Assembly (NCBI GenBank): GCA_016286385.1
Contig: JAEESO010000013.1
Coordinates: 1,193 to 65,192 of the forward strand
Reading direction: 5' to 3'
Origin: Bacteroidales bacterium
GTDB taxonomy: Bacteria > Bacteroidota > Bacteroidia > Bacteroidales > UBA932
Length of the DNA stretch: 64,000 nt
Shown here: piece by piece, positions 47,262-57,138 of the stretch
Numbering within the stretch: position 1 is the first letter of the stretch
Layout: every line of letters starts with the position of its first letter
Notes under the pieces: model-generated
The model's database searches: none
Seen by the model: only the letters and a program-made list of their open reading frames with translations
Told to the model about the DNA's origin: nothing
Position numbers and translations under genes: made by a program

Positions 47262-48527
47262 TCAGTAGATTCTGTATTCTTCAAGTTGAGGTGCAAGGTC
47301 ACGGATGGAGTCCTCCGATGGCCGGGAATTCGTAAGCTCGGTGAGCCGGTTGCCCTGGGTGTCGTAGAGCGCGTGCCAGGCTGTGCCGTTTTCGTCAATA
47401 AAGGAGCCGTGGAAATAAGCGCGATGCTTGTTCCCGTCCCAGAAATGCTCCATCTGCAGGGTGTCGAATGCGGCGGGGAAAATCTCCTGACCGTCTGTCC
47501 CGTACCAGCCGATTTTGCTGCCCTGGACTACCTCTATGCCGTATTTTCCATTGTTGGGGGCGCTCACTTTGTCGTAGACGCTTGGCACAAGGATGCGGCC
47601 GTTCTCGTCCACAATTCCGTACTTGCTGTTGCCCCTGGCGTCAATCATACGGGACTGGTAGCAGGAGGCGTCATCGGCCGTAAAATCCAAGTACTTGAGC
47701 CCGTCAAAGACAGGGGGGAGAACATCCTTTCCGTTCTCGTCCAGCATGCCGACTTTCTGGCTGTCCTTGACGCGGTAGACGGCCTTGTAGCCGGTGCCGT
47801 CCTCTATGCAGGAAAAGCCCGACATTTCCGGTCCCACCTGTACGTAATTCCCATTTGCATCGGCCTCAAAAAGGCGCCAGGTGACGTTGCCTTCCGGGGA
47901 TGTGTTGCCAAGGCCGATAATGGTGTTGAGCGCGCTCTCAGGGTAGTGGAAGCCCTTGTACTTGTCAAAGGTGAAGTCCGTGGTGGGCTTTCCGGTGGCG
48001 GGGTCAATGATGCCAACCTTGCCTTTGAGCGTTGCGGCTGCGGCGTGCGGGCCCACAATCTCCAGGGCGCTGTACTGCGGCTTGTACTGCCACTTGCTTT
48101 TGGCCGAGTTCCATATGCCGTAGGTGGCGTTGCCCTTTTTGTCGTATTTGGCGTATACGGAGAGGTCTCCGGTGGCACCCAAATTTGCCGGGAGGGATTT
48201 TCCGGCCTTGGGGTCTATGGGCTTGACATCCTTGAGTTTATAGTGGCTGGTGCGGTGGTACGTCACTTTGTTACGCGCCTTTGCCCTTGCGGCTTCCTGC
48301 GCGGCTTTTCGCTCGGCCCAGGCATCTTCCCTTGCGTCCAAATACGCTGCGCCGGCAGCCGCCCCGGAATCAAATCCAACGCTGGAGCCGGCCCTGTAGA
48401 ACTCATTGCTGCCAAGATTGCGGTTGATGGAAACTCCCGACATACGCTCCAGCTGGCTTATAGCGCTCTGGGCATACGCCGCCGTGCCAACGGCACAAAG
48501 CATCAATATGGTAATTATCTTTTTCAT
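47262..48527 (-). CDS. Secreted WG-repeat protein
   Basis: Repeats KVGIID, KVGMLDENG..VLPPVFD, KYGIVDENG..LVPSVYD, KIGWYG. Confidence 0.8.
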   Translation of the reverse strand: MKKIITILMLCAVGTAAYAQSAISQLERMSGVSINRNLGSNEFYRAGSSVGFDSGAAAGAAYLDAREDAWAERKAAQEAARAKARNKVTYHRTSHYKLKDVKPIDPKAGKSLPANLGATGDLSVYAKYDKKGNATYGIWNSAKSKWQYKPQYSALEIVGPHAAAATLKGKVGIIDPATGKPTTDFTFDKYKGFHYPESALNTIIGLGNTSPEGNVTWRLFEADANGNYVQVGPEMSGFSCIEDGTGYKAVYRVKDSQKVGMLDENGKDVLPPVFDGLKYLDFTADDASCYQSRMIDARGNSKYGIVDENGRILVPSVYDKVSAPNNGKYGIEVVQGSKIGWYGTDGQEIFPAAFDTLQMEHFWDGNKHRAYFHGSFIDENGTAWHALYDTQGNRLTELTNSRPSEDSIRDLAPQLEEYRIY

Positions 48528-50023
48528 TCGCCAAAATATTCTAAAACAGCCCCGCTGGGGGAAGCAATTCTCAAATAGGTAACGTAAACCTCTCCGTTGT
48601 CCCTGACGGCACGCTCAATCTTAGTATCAAACTTAAACCTGTCGCTATGATACTTCTCATACTCTTTCACAAACTTGGCCGCATTTGCGCGGGTGGTGGG
48701 AATCTCCAGCGTAATTAAAGGTTCCACAAAAACCTTGATTGTACCGTTCTCTGCGAATGTGTTCCATATGCTGAATCTGTCGTTGTAATAGTCTGTGCAG
48801 AGCCTTTTGCGGAATTCCTCCAGAACTTCCTCTTCCGTGGGATCCTTTCCTATATTCTTTTGGGAGGCCACATAATGGAGCAGGAAATCTTCGTAACGCC
48901 AATCTCCGGGTACGTATTGATAGAAGGGGTTAACGGGGCCGTATTCGTAACCGTGAATTATAAAGTAGCCATTCTGGAAACTTCCGTCCCTGTTGAGTCT
49001 CATACCTTCATAGCTCACACCGTAATCCTTAAGTTTGAAGCCATAAAACAGGTCTCCTTCCGTATCCTCAATAGGAACGGGATCATAGGTAAGGGCCCCA
49101 AGGACATCAAATGACAGCGGCAGCATTTTCCCCTGGTAATAAGCGGGGTTTACGATGAAGGACAGTACATCGTCTTCAATGCCAAGGCATATACGGTAAA
49201 TGACTTCACGTGAGGTTTCTACGACAGGCTCTTCCTCGTCTTCATATTCTTCATCACCATCTACTACCGCCTCCGGTTCTGTATCCGGGATATAGTCAAA
49301 GTTGCCTATGAAACGGATGTAGGGCCCGGCCCAGGGCAGTTCCTCAATGGTGTAGAAAAGGGCCCCGTTCACGGGGTCGTACCATTGCCAGTCCAGATGA
49401 ACGCAGTCAAACACTCCCTCTTTCCTGAGACGCCTGAATTCCTGTACCAGGAAGTCCATTTCACTCATTCCAAGGGGCTTTTCGGCCTTTGCACGCTCCT
49501 TGAGGGCTTCAAGGGCTTCTTCCGGTTTGTCATAGCGGGTGGGCACCAGGAAATGGCCGTTCGGCCCCATTACGCCCCACTTCCCGCCAAGGGCAAACAG
49601 CATGTAGTCCAGTTCCCCGTTGCCGTTCTGGTGGAAGCGCCAGTCCGTGAACATCAGTTGTTTATCCTCGGCCTTGAAACCGTCCAGGATGTCTGCAAAG
49701 TAGATTCCGCAGCGGTCGTTTGTCTTGCCCACAAAGAACATATTTGGGTTCATAAAGAGGCAGACACTGACGTTCTCCATTGGCTCCGTGAACCATGTTT
49801 TTGTGAGGTTGTCCCAGATGCGGAAGGTCTTATCGGCCAGCTTTACAATGACAAGACTGCCGCTCTGGCCGCCGGGGTAGGGGTTGAGGTAAAAGTCCTT
49901 GCCTTCCTGGTACGCCGGGATGCCGTTGAACCCCTGGGCAGTGCCGGTGAAGGTCTTTTTTAGGTTTTGGGCCGATGCCGACAAACAGGCAAGGGCCGCC
50001 AGTATCAGGATGAGTCTTTTCAT
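48524..50023 (-). CDS. Secreted hypothetical protein (one WG-like repeat)
   Basis: Signal peptide; GKWGVMG..LVPTRYD. Confidence 0.7.
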   Translation of the reverse strand: MKRLILILAALACLSASAQNLKKTFTGTAQGFNGIPAYQEGKDFYLNPYPGGQSGSLVIVKLADKTFRIWDNLTKTWFTEPMENVSVCLFMNPNMFFVGKTNDRCGIYFADILDGFKAEDKQLMFTDWRFHQNGNGELDYMLFALGGKWGVMGPNGHFLVPTRYDKPEEALEALKERAKAEKPLGMSEMDFLVQEFRRLRKEGVFDCVHLDWQWYDPVNGALFYTIEELPWAGPYIRFIGNFDYIPDTEPEAVVDGDEEYEDEEEPVVETSREVIYRICLGIEDDVLSFIVNPAYYQGKMLPLSFDVLGALTYDPVPIEDTEGDLFYGFKLKDYGVSYEGMRLNRDGSFQNGYFIIHGYEYGPVNPFYQYVPGDWRYEDFLLHYVASQKNIGKDPTEEEVLEEFRKRLCTDYYNDRFSIWNTFAENGTIKVFVEPLITLEIPTTRANAAKFVKEYEKYHSDRFKFDTKIERAVRDNGEVYVTYLRIASPSGAVLEYFGE

Positions 50024-50035
50024 AAATTGTCTGGT

Positions 50036-50530
50036 TTATAAACAGATACCCAGTGTAACACGGATTCCGCTGAGTTTTACGCCAGTGTCGTAGTAGGGCA
50101 GCATATCCGAATGGTAAGCTACGTTGATATAGACCCCATTCGGCCTTATGCTAATTCCGGCCTGCCAGCCCCAGGTAAAGAAGTCCGGGCCGCCTTGTCT
50201 TATTTTGTTGTATGCGGCGCTCACTCCGGCATATGGGCCCATACTGAAAAGCGGCGCGGGTTCCCACTGCCAGGTAAGGTTGACGGGAAGCTCCAGACGG
50301 AAGTTTTCGGCACCCTTCAGAGTACCGCAGGCTTCGGCGCCAAGACCAGTTTCCAGATACACCGGCCAGGGGAAGAAAGGCTCAAAAGACGCTCCTGCAT
50401 AACCGCCGAGGTGCCTGAATTCTGTGCCCCCGGGAGTCTGGTAGTAGGCTCCAAGGTGCCAGGTAACCCTCTGTGCGCTGGCGGTGAGGGCCAGGGACAG
50501 CAGGACCAGTAATACGATTATCCGTTTCAT
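50036..50530 (-). CDS. Small outer-membrane beta-barrel-like protein
   Basis: Signal peptide; LETGL, LELPVN, GPYAG, WGWQAG. Confidence 0.65.
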   Translation of the reverse strand: MKRIIVLLVLLSLALTASAQRVTWHLGAYYQTPGGTEFRHLGGYAGASFEPFFPWPVYLETGLGAEACGTLKGAENFRLELPVNLTWQWEPAPLFSMGPYAGVSAAYNKIRQGGPDFFTWGWQAGISIRPNGVYINVAYHSDMLPYYDTGVKLSGIRVTLGICL

Positions 50531-51150
50531 TTGTACCAAATGTTGTTGGGGTTGTTTTCACTGTAGCGGCGCCGGATGGTAAGTTCTCCTTCCCGCGTGG
50601 GGGTAATGAGCTGCGGGTAGCAGCCAACGGCAAGGGTGAGCGTTTTTGTTTCATCGCTCTGAACGCACACAAGTTCCAGTTCATAATTGGCGGTGAGATC
50701 CACTTCGGCAATATCCGTATCTCCAAGCCACACCTTCTTCAGATGCGGGAAGCGTTTCAGGTCTTCGTAGCTTTTGACGGTGAACATATGGATGCGGTAG
50801 GAGGTGAGGTTGAGCTCCGTGAGGGCCTCTTCCTCTTCCTTCGAGAGTACGCCGTCCTGGTTTGCATCGGCCGATTTCAGCGCGCAGCGCCAGACTTCTG
50901 CATCGGCATAGGGCGGGGTCTGGGCGGTGGCGCTGTAGCCCTCGATTTGTACCGGCGGCAATTGGGCCGAGGCATTCCACCAAACAAGGATTCCGGCCAG
51001 AATGAGTGCAAATATTACCACCACTATCCAGCCGTTCCGGGCTCTTGATTTATCGGCAAACATAAATTCCTGATTTATACGTTGTTGCTCTATTTCCTGA
51101 TTGATGCGCATCTGTTCACGCATCTGGAAATCTGTTTCCTGCTGGTCCAT
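50527..51150 (-). CDS. Membrane-anchored protein with EF-hand-like/LRR segment
   Basis: One TM; DANQDGVLSKEE, LKRFPHLKKVWL. Confidence 0.65.
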   Translation of the reverse strand: MDQQETDFQMREQMRINQEIEQQRINQEFMFADKSRARNGWIVVVIFALILAGILVWWNASAQLPPVQIEGYSATAQTPPYADAEVWRCALKSADANQDGVLSKEEEEALTELNLTSYRIHMFTVKSYEDLKRFPHLKKVWLGDTDIAEVDLTANYELELVCVQSDETKTLTLAVGCYPQLITPTREGELTIRRRYSENNPNNIWYK

Positions 51151-51263
51151 ATGCTAATTATGTGATCGATACAAATATAAGAAAAAAATGGCCAAAATGC
51201 AGGAATGGAGTTTTTTGACAAAGGCAACTCCCGCAAAATTGGCCATTATTGACGGTTGAGTTG

Positions 51264-51941
51264 TTAGTCCAGCATATGTCCATCGGCCTGGTCCAAGAAG
51301 TGCCAGCTGCCGTCCTCAAGCTGGATGCGGACGGTGGGGCCGTCCTTCAGAGTGAAATCCAGCAGATTGTCGTAGAGGCGCTTGCCGGCCAGGTTGAAGA
51401 TTGAATAACTCTTCTTGTGGTAGATTTCCTTGTCCTTGGGATGGTAGGAGGCAATGATGAGGGCGTGCTCCGGAATCACGAGTATTCTAATGTAGCGTGC
51501 GCCCCAAACCTCGGCATACTCCAGTTCCATTCCGGATTCCACTATGGGGACAAGCTGGTCGTTCTCAATCCTGTACACCCCGCAATGCTCCTTGCACAGC
51601 CACTTCCCCTGGGGGTACTCTATGCTCTTGTTCCAGGAGAAGGCGTTGCCAATCTCCACCAGGCCCTGAGCCTCTTTGACGTACCTTTCTCCTTCAAGGA
51701 AGTTAACGTCCGTGTTGGGCAGGAAGAATATGTCGCCGGTCTTTTTGTTGATTTTCGGTGAGGTTACCCACGCTCCCGTGGCGTTATTGAAGATGGCGGT
51801 AACGGGGGCCTCGTCGGTCCATTTTCCCTTGCCGTACCGGATCTCGTAATTGCCGTATTTCTTTCCAAGGTTGCTGTTCTCCTGAGCCGGGAGCGCCAGT
51901 GGCAGCATCATCACCAGCGCCAAAATTGCAAAACGTTTCAT
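51264..51941 (-). CDS. Secreted hypothetical protein
   Basis: Signal peptide MKRFAILALV...; open frame. Confidence 0.7.
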   Translation of the reverse strand: MKRFAILALVMMLPLALPAQENSNLGKKYGNYEIRYGKGKWTDEAPVTAIFNNATGAWVTSPKINKKTGDIFFLPNTDVNFLEGERYVKEAQGLVEIGNAFSWNKSIEYPQGKWLCKEHCGVYRIENDQLVPIVESGMELEYAEVWGARYIRILVIPEHALIIASYHPKDKEIYHKKSYSIFNLAGKRLYDNLLDFTLKDGPTVRIQLEDGSWHFLDQADGHMLD

Positions 51942-52033
51942 AGTGTCATTACTTTTTGCAAATATAACCCCGTGCGAGATATTTCTTGTGGTGGTTTTCA
52001 CCACACCCCTCCCAGGCCTTCAAGTATATCGGC

Positions 52034-52137
52034 CAGCACCTGTCCAGGACCGGAATGGGCCGATTTAGGTCTTGATGGCGTGCTGTAGCATCTCTCCAGG
52101 ACCGGATTTCCGGGATTCCGCTCTTGGTGACGTGCTG
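52034..52137. repeat. Tandem doublet of 52-bp palindromic units (locus C)
   Basis: Units 52034-52085 and 52086-52137: Yagcac/t..tccaggacc-16bp-gStcttg..cgtgctg. Confidence 0.7.
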
Positions 52138-52388
52138 GCTGCAGATATAAACAAAAAACCGCCGCTGGAATAGCGCCGGGTATATAGTGAGTTGCTTTTG
52201 GGTGTAAGTGGTTTCGTACTCACCATCTTACTTATATTTCTAAACCTCCTGCGTAAAGTCACAACCTTCTGCATTTCTCAGGCGCTCATCAGAGCGCCCG
52301 GCGGAGGCCGTGTCCGAAGGCTTGTCCTGAGGACTTATAGGCCGGGAGCCGCAGGGGGTATTTATGGGGGCGGAGCCCCCAGCAAAAG

Positions 52389-52462
52389 TAGCGGGAGTGG
52401 GTCACGATCCCACGACCTCCGGATTATGAATCCGACGCTCTAACCAGCTGAGCTACCCCGCC
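52389..52462 (-). tRNA. tRNA-Met (CAT)
   Basis: GGCGGGGTAGCTCAGCTGGTTAGAGCGTCGGATTCATAATCCGG...CCCGCTA cloverleaf; elongator type. Confidence 0.92.
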
Positions 52463-52511
52463 GTACCGTTATTTCAAAATAAAAACCAGCTTGGTACAGG
52501 CTGATTTTTAG

Positions 52512-52582
52512 TTGAGATAGAAGGACTCGAACCCTCACTGACAGAGCCAGAATCTGTAGTGCTACCATTACACCATATCTCA
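52512..52582 (-). tRNA. tRNA-Gln (CTG)
   Basis: TGAGATATGGTGTAATGGTAGCACTACAGATTCTGGCTCTGT...GGTTCGAGTCC. Confidence 0.95.
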
Positions 52583-52708
52583 ATGTGCCCCGAATTGGGA
52601 CTGCAAATTTACTGCTTTTTTCCAAATCTGCAAGCGCAAAATTAAAAAAAGTGAAAAAGGCGCCTGAACTCTTTCTGAAAACCACGGAAAATGCTATATT
52701 TGCAGTCT

Positions 52709-53239
52709 ATGCGTGCGCGTGTGTACATATACATTCTTTCTGTGCTCCTTCTGGCCGGCTGCAGCAAGCCCCCGGTGACGGAGGGCACGGATATGCACGA
52801 ATTCACCCAGGAGGAACTTCAGAAAAAGCGGCTGGACGACGCCTTCACGGTTTTTTTCAAGAAGTTCAATCTGGACAAGGTGGACAATCCCACGGCAGAA
52901 ATCCTCGCAAACAGTAAGGTGACAATCCCCAGTGTGGGCATGATCCGCTACACTTACACCAAGAACGGCCTCACGCTCATCTCCATGGATGTGAGCTCCG
53001 GCGGCTTCGTGGCCACCCTACATGGCGGCATCCGTCTTGAGGGAATCGGCCTTGGAGAAAACGGAACCAAGGTGTTCATTGACGGGGACCAGCTTGCCAT
53101 CCTGGACATGGTCCTCTACAACAACGTTCCCACGCCCGTATTCCGCTTCCCGGACGGCACCACATATGCCGTCACCGGGGTCCTTCTTGTAGAACCACTG
53201 ATAGATTTCCTTTTGAAGAATGTGTTCTCTACGGAATAG
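52709..53239 (+). CDS. Hypothetical lipoprotein
   Basis: tatatttg -7 box at 52695; lipobox LAGC. Confidence 0.75.
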   Translation: MRARVYIYILSVLLLAGCSKPPVTEGTDMHEFTQEELQKKRLDDAFTVFFKKFNLDKVDNPTAEILANSKVTIPSVGMIRYTYTKNGLTLISMDVSSGGFVATLHGGIRLEGIGLGENGTKVFIDGDQLAILDMVLYNNVPTPVFRFPDGTTYAVTGVLLVEPLIDFLLKNVFSTE

Positions 53240-55244
53240 CCTGGCGGCCATAGCGCTGCTTGCAGCCTGCTTCTTCGCGCGTGCGCAGGAGCCGGATACC
53301 GTAGCCACGTTCAATCTTGACAAATCCGTCATCACGGAGGAATCAAAAAAGCCGCTGGTCCTCAACAGCCGCGGCATAAGCGGCCAGATAAACACGGACG
53401 AGATAACAAAGATTCCCTCCATCCTGGGCACTCCTGACCCAATCCGTTTTGTGCGCCTCCTTCCCAGCGTACAGGTGAACACTGAGGTTGACGGCGGCCT
53501 GTATATGCAGGGAAGCGAGCACTCCCACACCCTCATCTCCCAGGAGGGCGTCCCCATCTACGGCACCGGGCATATGCTGGGCTTTTTCTCCGCCTTCAAC
53601 TCCCCTCATTACAAGGGCATGAAATACGCCACCAGCTGTGGCCAGGAATCCCGTATCGGCGGTCTCATAGATATGCAGCTGGCCGATACAGTTGCCCGTA
53701 AACTCAGCGTGGATGCGTCCGTGAGCCTTTTATCGGCCCAGGGAACCGTTGATATCCCCCTTGGAAAATCTTCCCTCAAGATAAGCGCCCGGCGCACGTA
53801 CCTTGACCTCCTCTTTGGCGGCATGCTCCGCTATGAGGACAACGCCATGACCTACAACTTCACGGACGCCAACATAACCTGGACCTGGAAACCCACAAAG
53901 AAGGATCGCATAACCGTGGACCTCTTCGGGGGCCTTGACATGGGCCTTTTCACTGGTGTGGGCCTTTTTGAGAATATGGATGCCAAGTGGTATAACGCCC
54001 TTGGCGCCGTCCACTGGAACCACTATTACACGGAGGCCAGCCTCAAGCAGACCGTCTACTACACCACGGCGGGCCTTGACCCCAAACTGAAGGCCTTCGG
54101 AGTCTATGCCAGAATGCAGTCCTACATAATGGACGCTGGCTACCGCGCAAAGCTCCACTGGAAGAACTGGGATTTCGGTGCCCGCTTCAGCGCATATTAC
54201 ACCCAGCCGCAGAATCCATACACGGAAGGTCATTTCAACGACGCCCGCAACAACGGCGGCATCCCCACGGAAAGCGCATTTGCGGCGGCAATTAATGCAG
54301 AATACAGCCGCAGCCTTGGCTACTGGCTCAGCCTGAAGGCCGGTTTCGGGGCCGATTGGTACCTCTCGCCGCAGCGCAAGAGTTACTGGGGAGTCACTCC
54401 GGAGGTGAGCCTGGTGGCCGATTTCCTGGAGGGCGGAAAACTTGACTTCACCTATGGAATCAAGCGCCAGAACCTGTTCCAGACCGGCCTTACCTCTTCC
54501 GGCCTGCCGTCGGAATTCTGGACCCTGGCCGGGGATCTCCAGGCGCCGCAGTGGGCCCACTGCTTCTCACTTGCATACAACAACAGCTTCTGGGACCAGA
54601 TGATGTCTGTGTCGGCAGAGGTCTACTACAAACAGCTCTACAACCAGCTGGAGTACGTTGGCAGCCTCATGGACATGTACACCGGAGACTATTCCCTTGA
54701 GACAAGTACCCTGAAGGGAAATGGCCGCGCCTTTGGCTTCAACCTCATGATCCAGAAGCAGAAAGGCCGATTCACGGGCTGGATCAGCTATGCCTGGGCC
54801 AGGAGCCTCCGCACCTTCCTGAACGACTGGCACTCCTTTGAGTTTACATCGGCCCATGAAAGGCGCCATGAACTTGACATAGTTGCAACCTATGACTTCG
54901 GGCGCTTTGACGTTGGCGGAACATTCGTGGTGGCAAGCGGTACGCCCTACACCCGCCCCACCTCCTTCTACCTTGTGGGAAGCCGTATGGTGTGCACCTA
55001 CGGCCCGTATAACGCGGAAACCCTCTCTCCCTATGCCAAGCTTGACCTTAGCGGCAACTGGTACATAAAGAAGAGCCCAAGGCTCACACACGGCATCAAT
55101 TTTTCAATGTACAACGTCCTTGGAAGGGTTAACGCTGTTGGATACGGGCTCCATTTCAACAGAAAGAACATGACCTATTCTTTCCGCGCCAACCTTATCC
55201 AGATCCGTTTTATGCCGTCCGTGGGTTATTTCCTGAGATTTTAG
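53220..55244 (+). CDS. TonB-dependent receptor-like outer-membrane protein
   Basis: Plug motif LGTPDP..LLPSV, GVPIY..HMLGFFSAFN; barrel GWISYAW, YAKLDLS; C-terminal F. Confidence 0.85.
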   Translation: MCSLRNSLAAIALLAACFFARAQEPDTVATFNLDKSVITEESKKPLVLNSRGISGQINTDEITKIPSILGTPDPIRFVRLLPSVQVNTEVDGGLYMQGSEHSHTLISQEGVPIYGTGHMLGFFSAFNSPHYKGMKYATSCGQESRIGGLIDMQLADTVARKLSVDASVSLLSAQGTVDIPLGKSSLKISARRTYLDLLFGGMLRYEDNAMTYNFTDANITWTWKPTKKDRITVDLFGGLDMGLFTGVGLFENMDAKWYNALGAVHWNHYYTEASLKQTVYYTTAGLDPKLKAFGVYARMQSYIMDAGYRAKLHWKNWDFGARFSAYYTQPQNPYTEGHFNDARNNGGIPTESAFAAAINAEYSRSLGYWLSLKAGFGADWYLSPQRKSYWGVTPEVSLVADFLEGGKLDFTYGIKRQNLFQTGLTSSGLPSEFWTLAGDLQAPQWAHCFSLAYNNSFWDQMMSVSAEVYYKQLYNQLEYVGSLMDMYTGDYSLETSTLKGNGRAFGFNLMIQKQKGRFTGWISYAWARSLRTFLNDWHSFEFTSAHERRHELDIVATYDFGRFDVGGTFVVASGTPYTRPTSFYLVGSRMVCTYGPYNAETLSPYAKLDLSGNWYIKKSPRLTHGINFSMYNVLGRVNAVGYGLHFNRKNMTYSFRANLIQIRFMPSVGYFLRF

Positions 55245-56090
55245 ATGAAAAAGATCCTTCATATCGTCATTGCCCTTCTTCCTTTGCTCCTGGCCTGCTC
55301 CAAGACGGAGGAGGTGGGCCGGTCACAGCTTGTGGTTGAGGGCTGGATAGAGAACGGAGGGAATCCGGTTGTGATGGTGTCTGAGTCCATCGGCATAGCC
55401 ACAGACCGTGAAATGGACTCCAAGGGAATCCTCGACCATATTGCAAAATGGGCCAAGGTAAGCATTTCCGACGGCACCAGGACGGAGATTCTTACCGGAA
55501 TCCCGGATCCTGAATATTTCCCGCCGTACATCTATACTACATCGGCCATCACCGGAGAAGTGGGCAAGACCTACACTCTCAAGGTGGAGTATAAGGACTA
55601 CAAGGTGGAAGCCTCCACCAAGATTCCGGACCCTGTTCCCATAGACAAGGTCTATGTCCAGGCCGTAACGGATACAACAGCCTCAGTGAGGGTTTGCTTC
55701 ACGGATCCCCCTCAGACGGGCCAGTTCTACAAGATATTCACAAAGACTGAAGGGAAGGATTCCCATTATCACCCTTCGGCAATGACCAATATCTCCGACG
55801 AATCCCTGAACGGCTATACAGAAGTCTTCGTATACAGCACCCAGCGGCTTATGGACTACATTGATATGCCCAACATCCACACCGGTGACGTGCTGTGGAT
55901 AAAGCTGTGTTCCACGGACAGAAAGACGTTCGAGTATTGGAACAATTTTGAGATAATGCTGGCCTCCAATGCCTTCAGCATGTTCTTTGAGAACGACCTG
56001 GAGAGCAACCTGGACGGAGCTTTGGGGTACTGGGCCGGCTACGGAGTGGATAAGGAAGTCAAATTTACAGTAACAGATCCGGATGAATAA
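55245..56090 (+). CDS. DUF4249 lipoprotein
   Basis: Lipobox LLAC; LVVEGWI, AKVSISDG, G.TYTLKV, SNL.GALGYW. Confidence 0.85.
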   Translation: MKKILHIVIALLPLLLACSKTEEVGRSQLVVEGWIENGGNPVVMVSESIGIATDREMDSKGILDHIAKWAKVSISDGTRTEILTGIPDPEYFPPYIYTTSAITGEVGKTYTLKVEYKDYKVEASTKIPDPVPIDKVYVQAVTDTTASVRVCFTDPPQTGQFYKIFTKTEGKDSHYHPSAMTNISDESLNGYTEVFVYSTQRLMDYIDMPNIHTGDVLWIKLCSTDRKTFEYWNNFEIMLASNAFSMFFENDLESNLDGALGYWAGYGVDKEVKFTVTDPDE

Positions 56091-57138
56091 TCTAGACCCT
56101 CATTGCCAGGCTATCCTGGAAGAATACAGGCAGGCAAAACCCGCCTGCGACGATGCTGCAGTCAAGGTCAAGGCCACCCTTGAGAAGGTTTTCAAGAAGT
56201 CAGGGCTCATAGTGGCCGCCATAGAATCCCGCGTGAAAACGGAGGAGTCCCTTGCCGGAAAACTTGAGCTGAAGGGCTCCAAGTATGCCTCCCTGGCCGA
56301 TATTACGGATATCGTGGGCGTCCGCGTCATCACCTTCTACATTGACGATGTGGACAAGGTGGCATCGGCCGTAGAGCGCCTCTTCAAGGTGGACTGGGAG
56401 AATTCAGTAGACAAGAGAAAGATCCATGAGATAGACAGTTTCGGCTACATGTCCCTCCACTACATCTGCTCCATGGACGGCTTCCCCTACCGCTTCGAGA
56501 TCCAGATGAGGACGGTTCTCCAGCACGCCTGGGCCAACATGAACCACGACACAGGCTACAAGTCCGGCGTGGAAATCCCCCTTGAGTACAGGCGCAGCCT
56601 GAGCCGCCTTTCAGGTCTTCTGGAGCTGGCCGATGAACAGTTCTCGGAAATCAGGGCCGATCTTGCCGACTACCGCCGCCGCATCCAGGCCCTTGTGGCG
56701 TCCGGAAACCTCTCGGAGGTTCCCCTGGACGGAGACTCATTCCGCAGTTTCCTCAATACCCGGCCCTTCGACCCCCTCAACCGCCGCATTGCCTCCATGA
56801 ATCAGGCAGAGATCCAGGAAGTCTCCCTCATGGGATACCTTGAAGTTTTCAAGATGCTCCAGTGTAAAACCCTTGGAGACCTTGATAAAATCATCAAGGA
56901 TAACTCCGAGGGCGCCTTCCAGCTTGCCTGCTACCAGATTGGCCTTACGGACCTTGACATCATCTCTTCTTCCATCGGACCTCAGGACCTGTGCATCGCC
57001 TATATCGTAAAGGTGGGCGGCGGAAAAGCCGGCCTCAAAATGCTCCTGGACATCATAAACGGAGTGAGCGATACCAATAACATGATGGCCGAAATCCTCT
57101 TTGAGCAGACGTCAAACCTTCCTTTCATGAATCAGTAA
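56083..57138 (+). CDS. Small alarmone synthetase (RelA_SpoT domain) with C-terminal extension
   Basis: SRVKTEESLAGK, DIVGVRVI, GYMSLHY, EIQMRT, HAWA..HD.GYK. Confidence 0.9.
   Translation: MNNLDPHCQAILEEYRQAKPACDDAAVKVKATLEKVFKKSGLIVAAIESRVKTEESLAGKLELKGSKYASLADITDIVGVRVITFYIDDVDKVASAVERLFKVDWENSVDKRKIHEIDSFGYMSLHYICSMDGFPYRFEIQMRTVLQHAWANMNHDTGYKSGVEIPLEYRRSLSRLSGLLELADEQFSEIRADLADYRRRIQALVASGNLSEVPLDGDSFRSFLNTRPFDPLNRRIASMNQAEIQEVSLMGYLEVFKMLQCKTLGDLDKIIKDNSEGAFQLACYQIGLTDLDIISSSIGPQDLCIAYIVKVGGGKAGLKMLLDIINGVSDTNNMMAEILFEQTSNLPFMNQ

Noticed and set aside
47286-48578. 430-aa + strand ORF
   Set aside because: Antisense shadow of the WG-repeat gene with no recognisable motifs; many such shadows occur in this GC-rich DNA
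46816-52462. Integrative element or prophage at tRNA-Met
   Set aside because: No integrase, no duplicated tRNA 3' end and no phage genes seen; composition looks native
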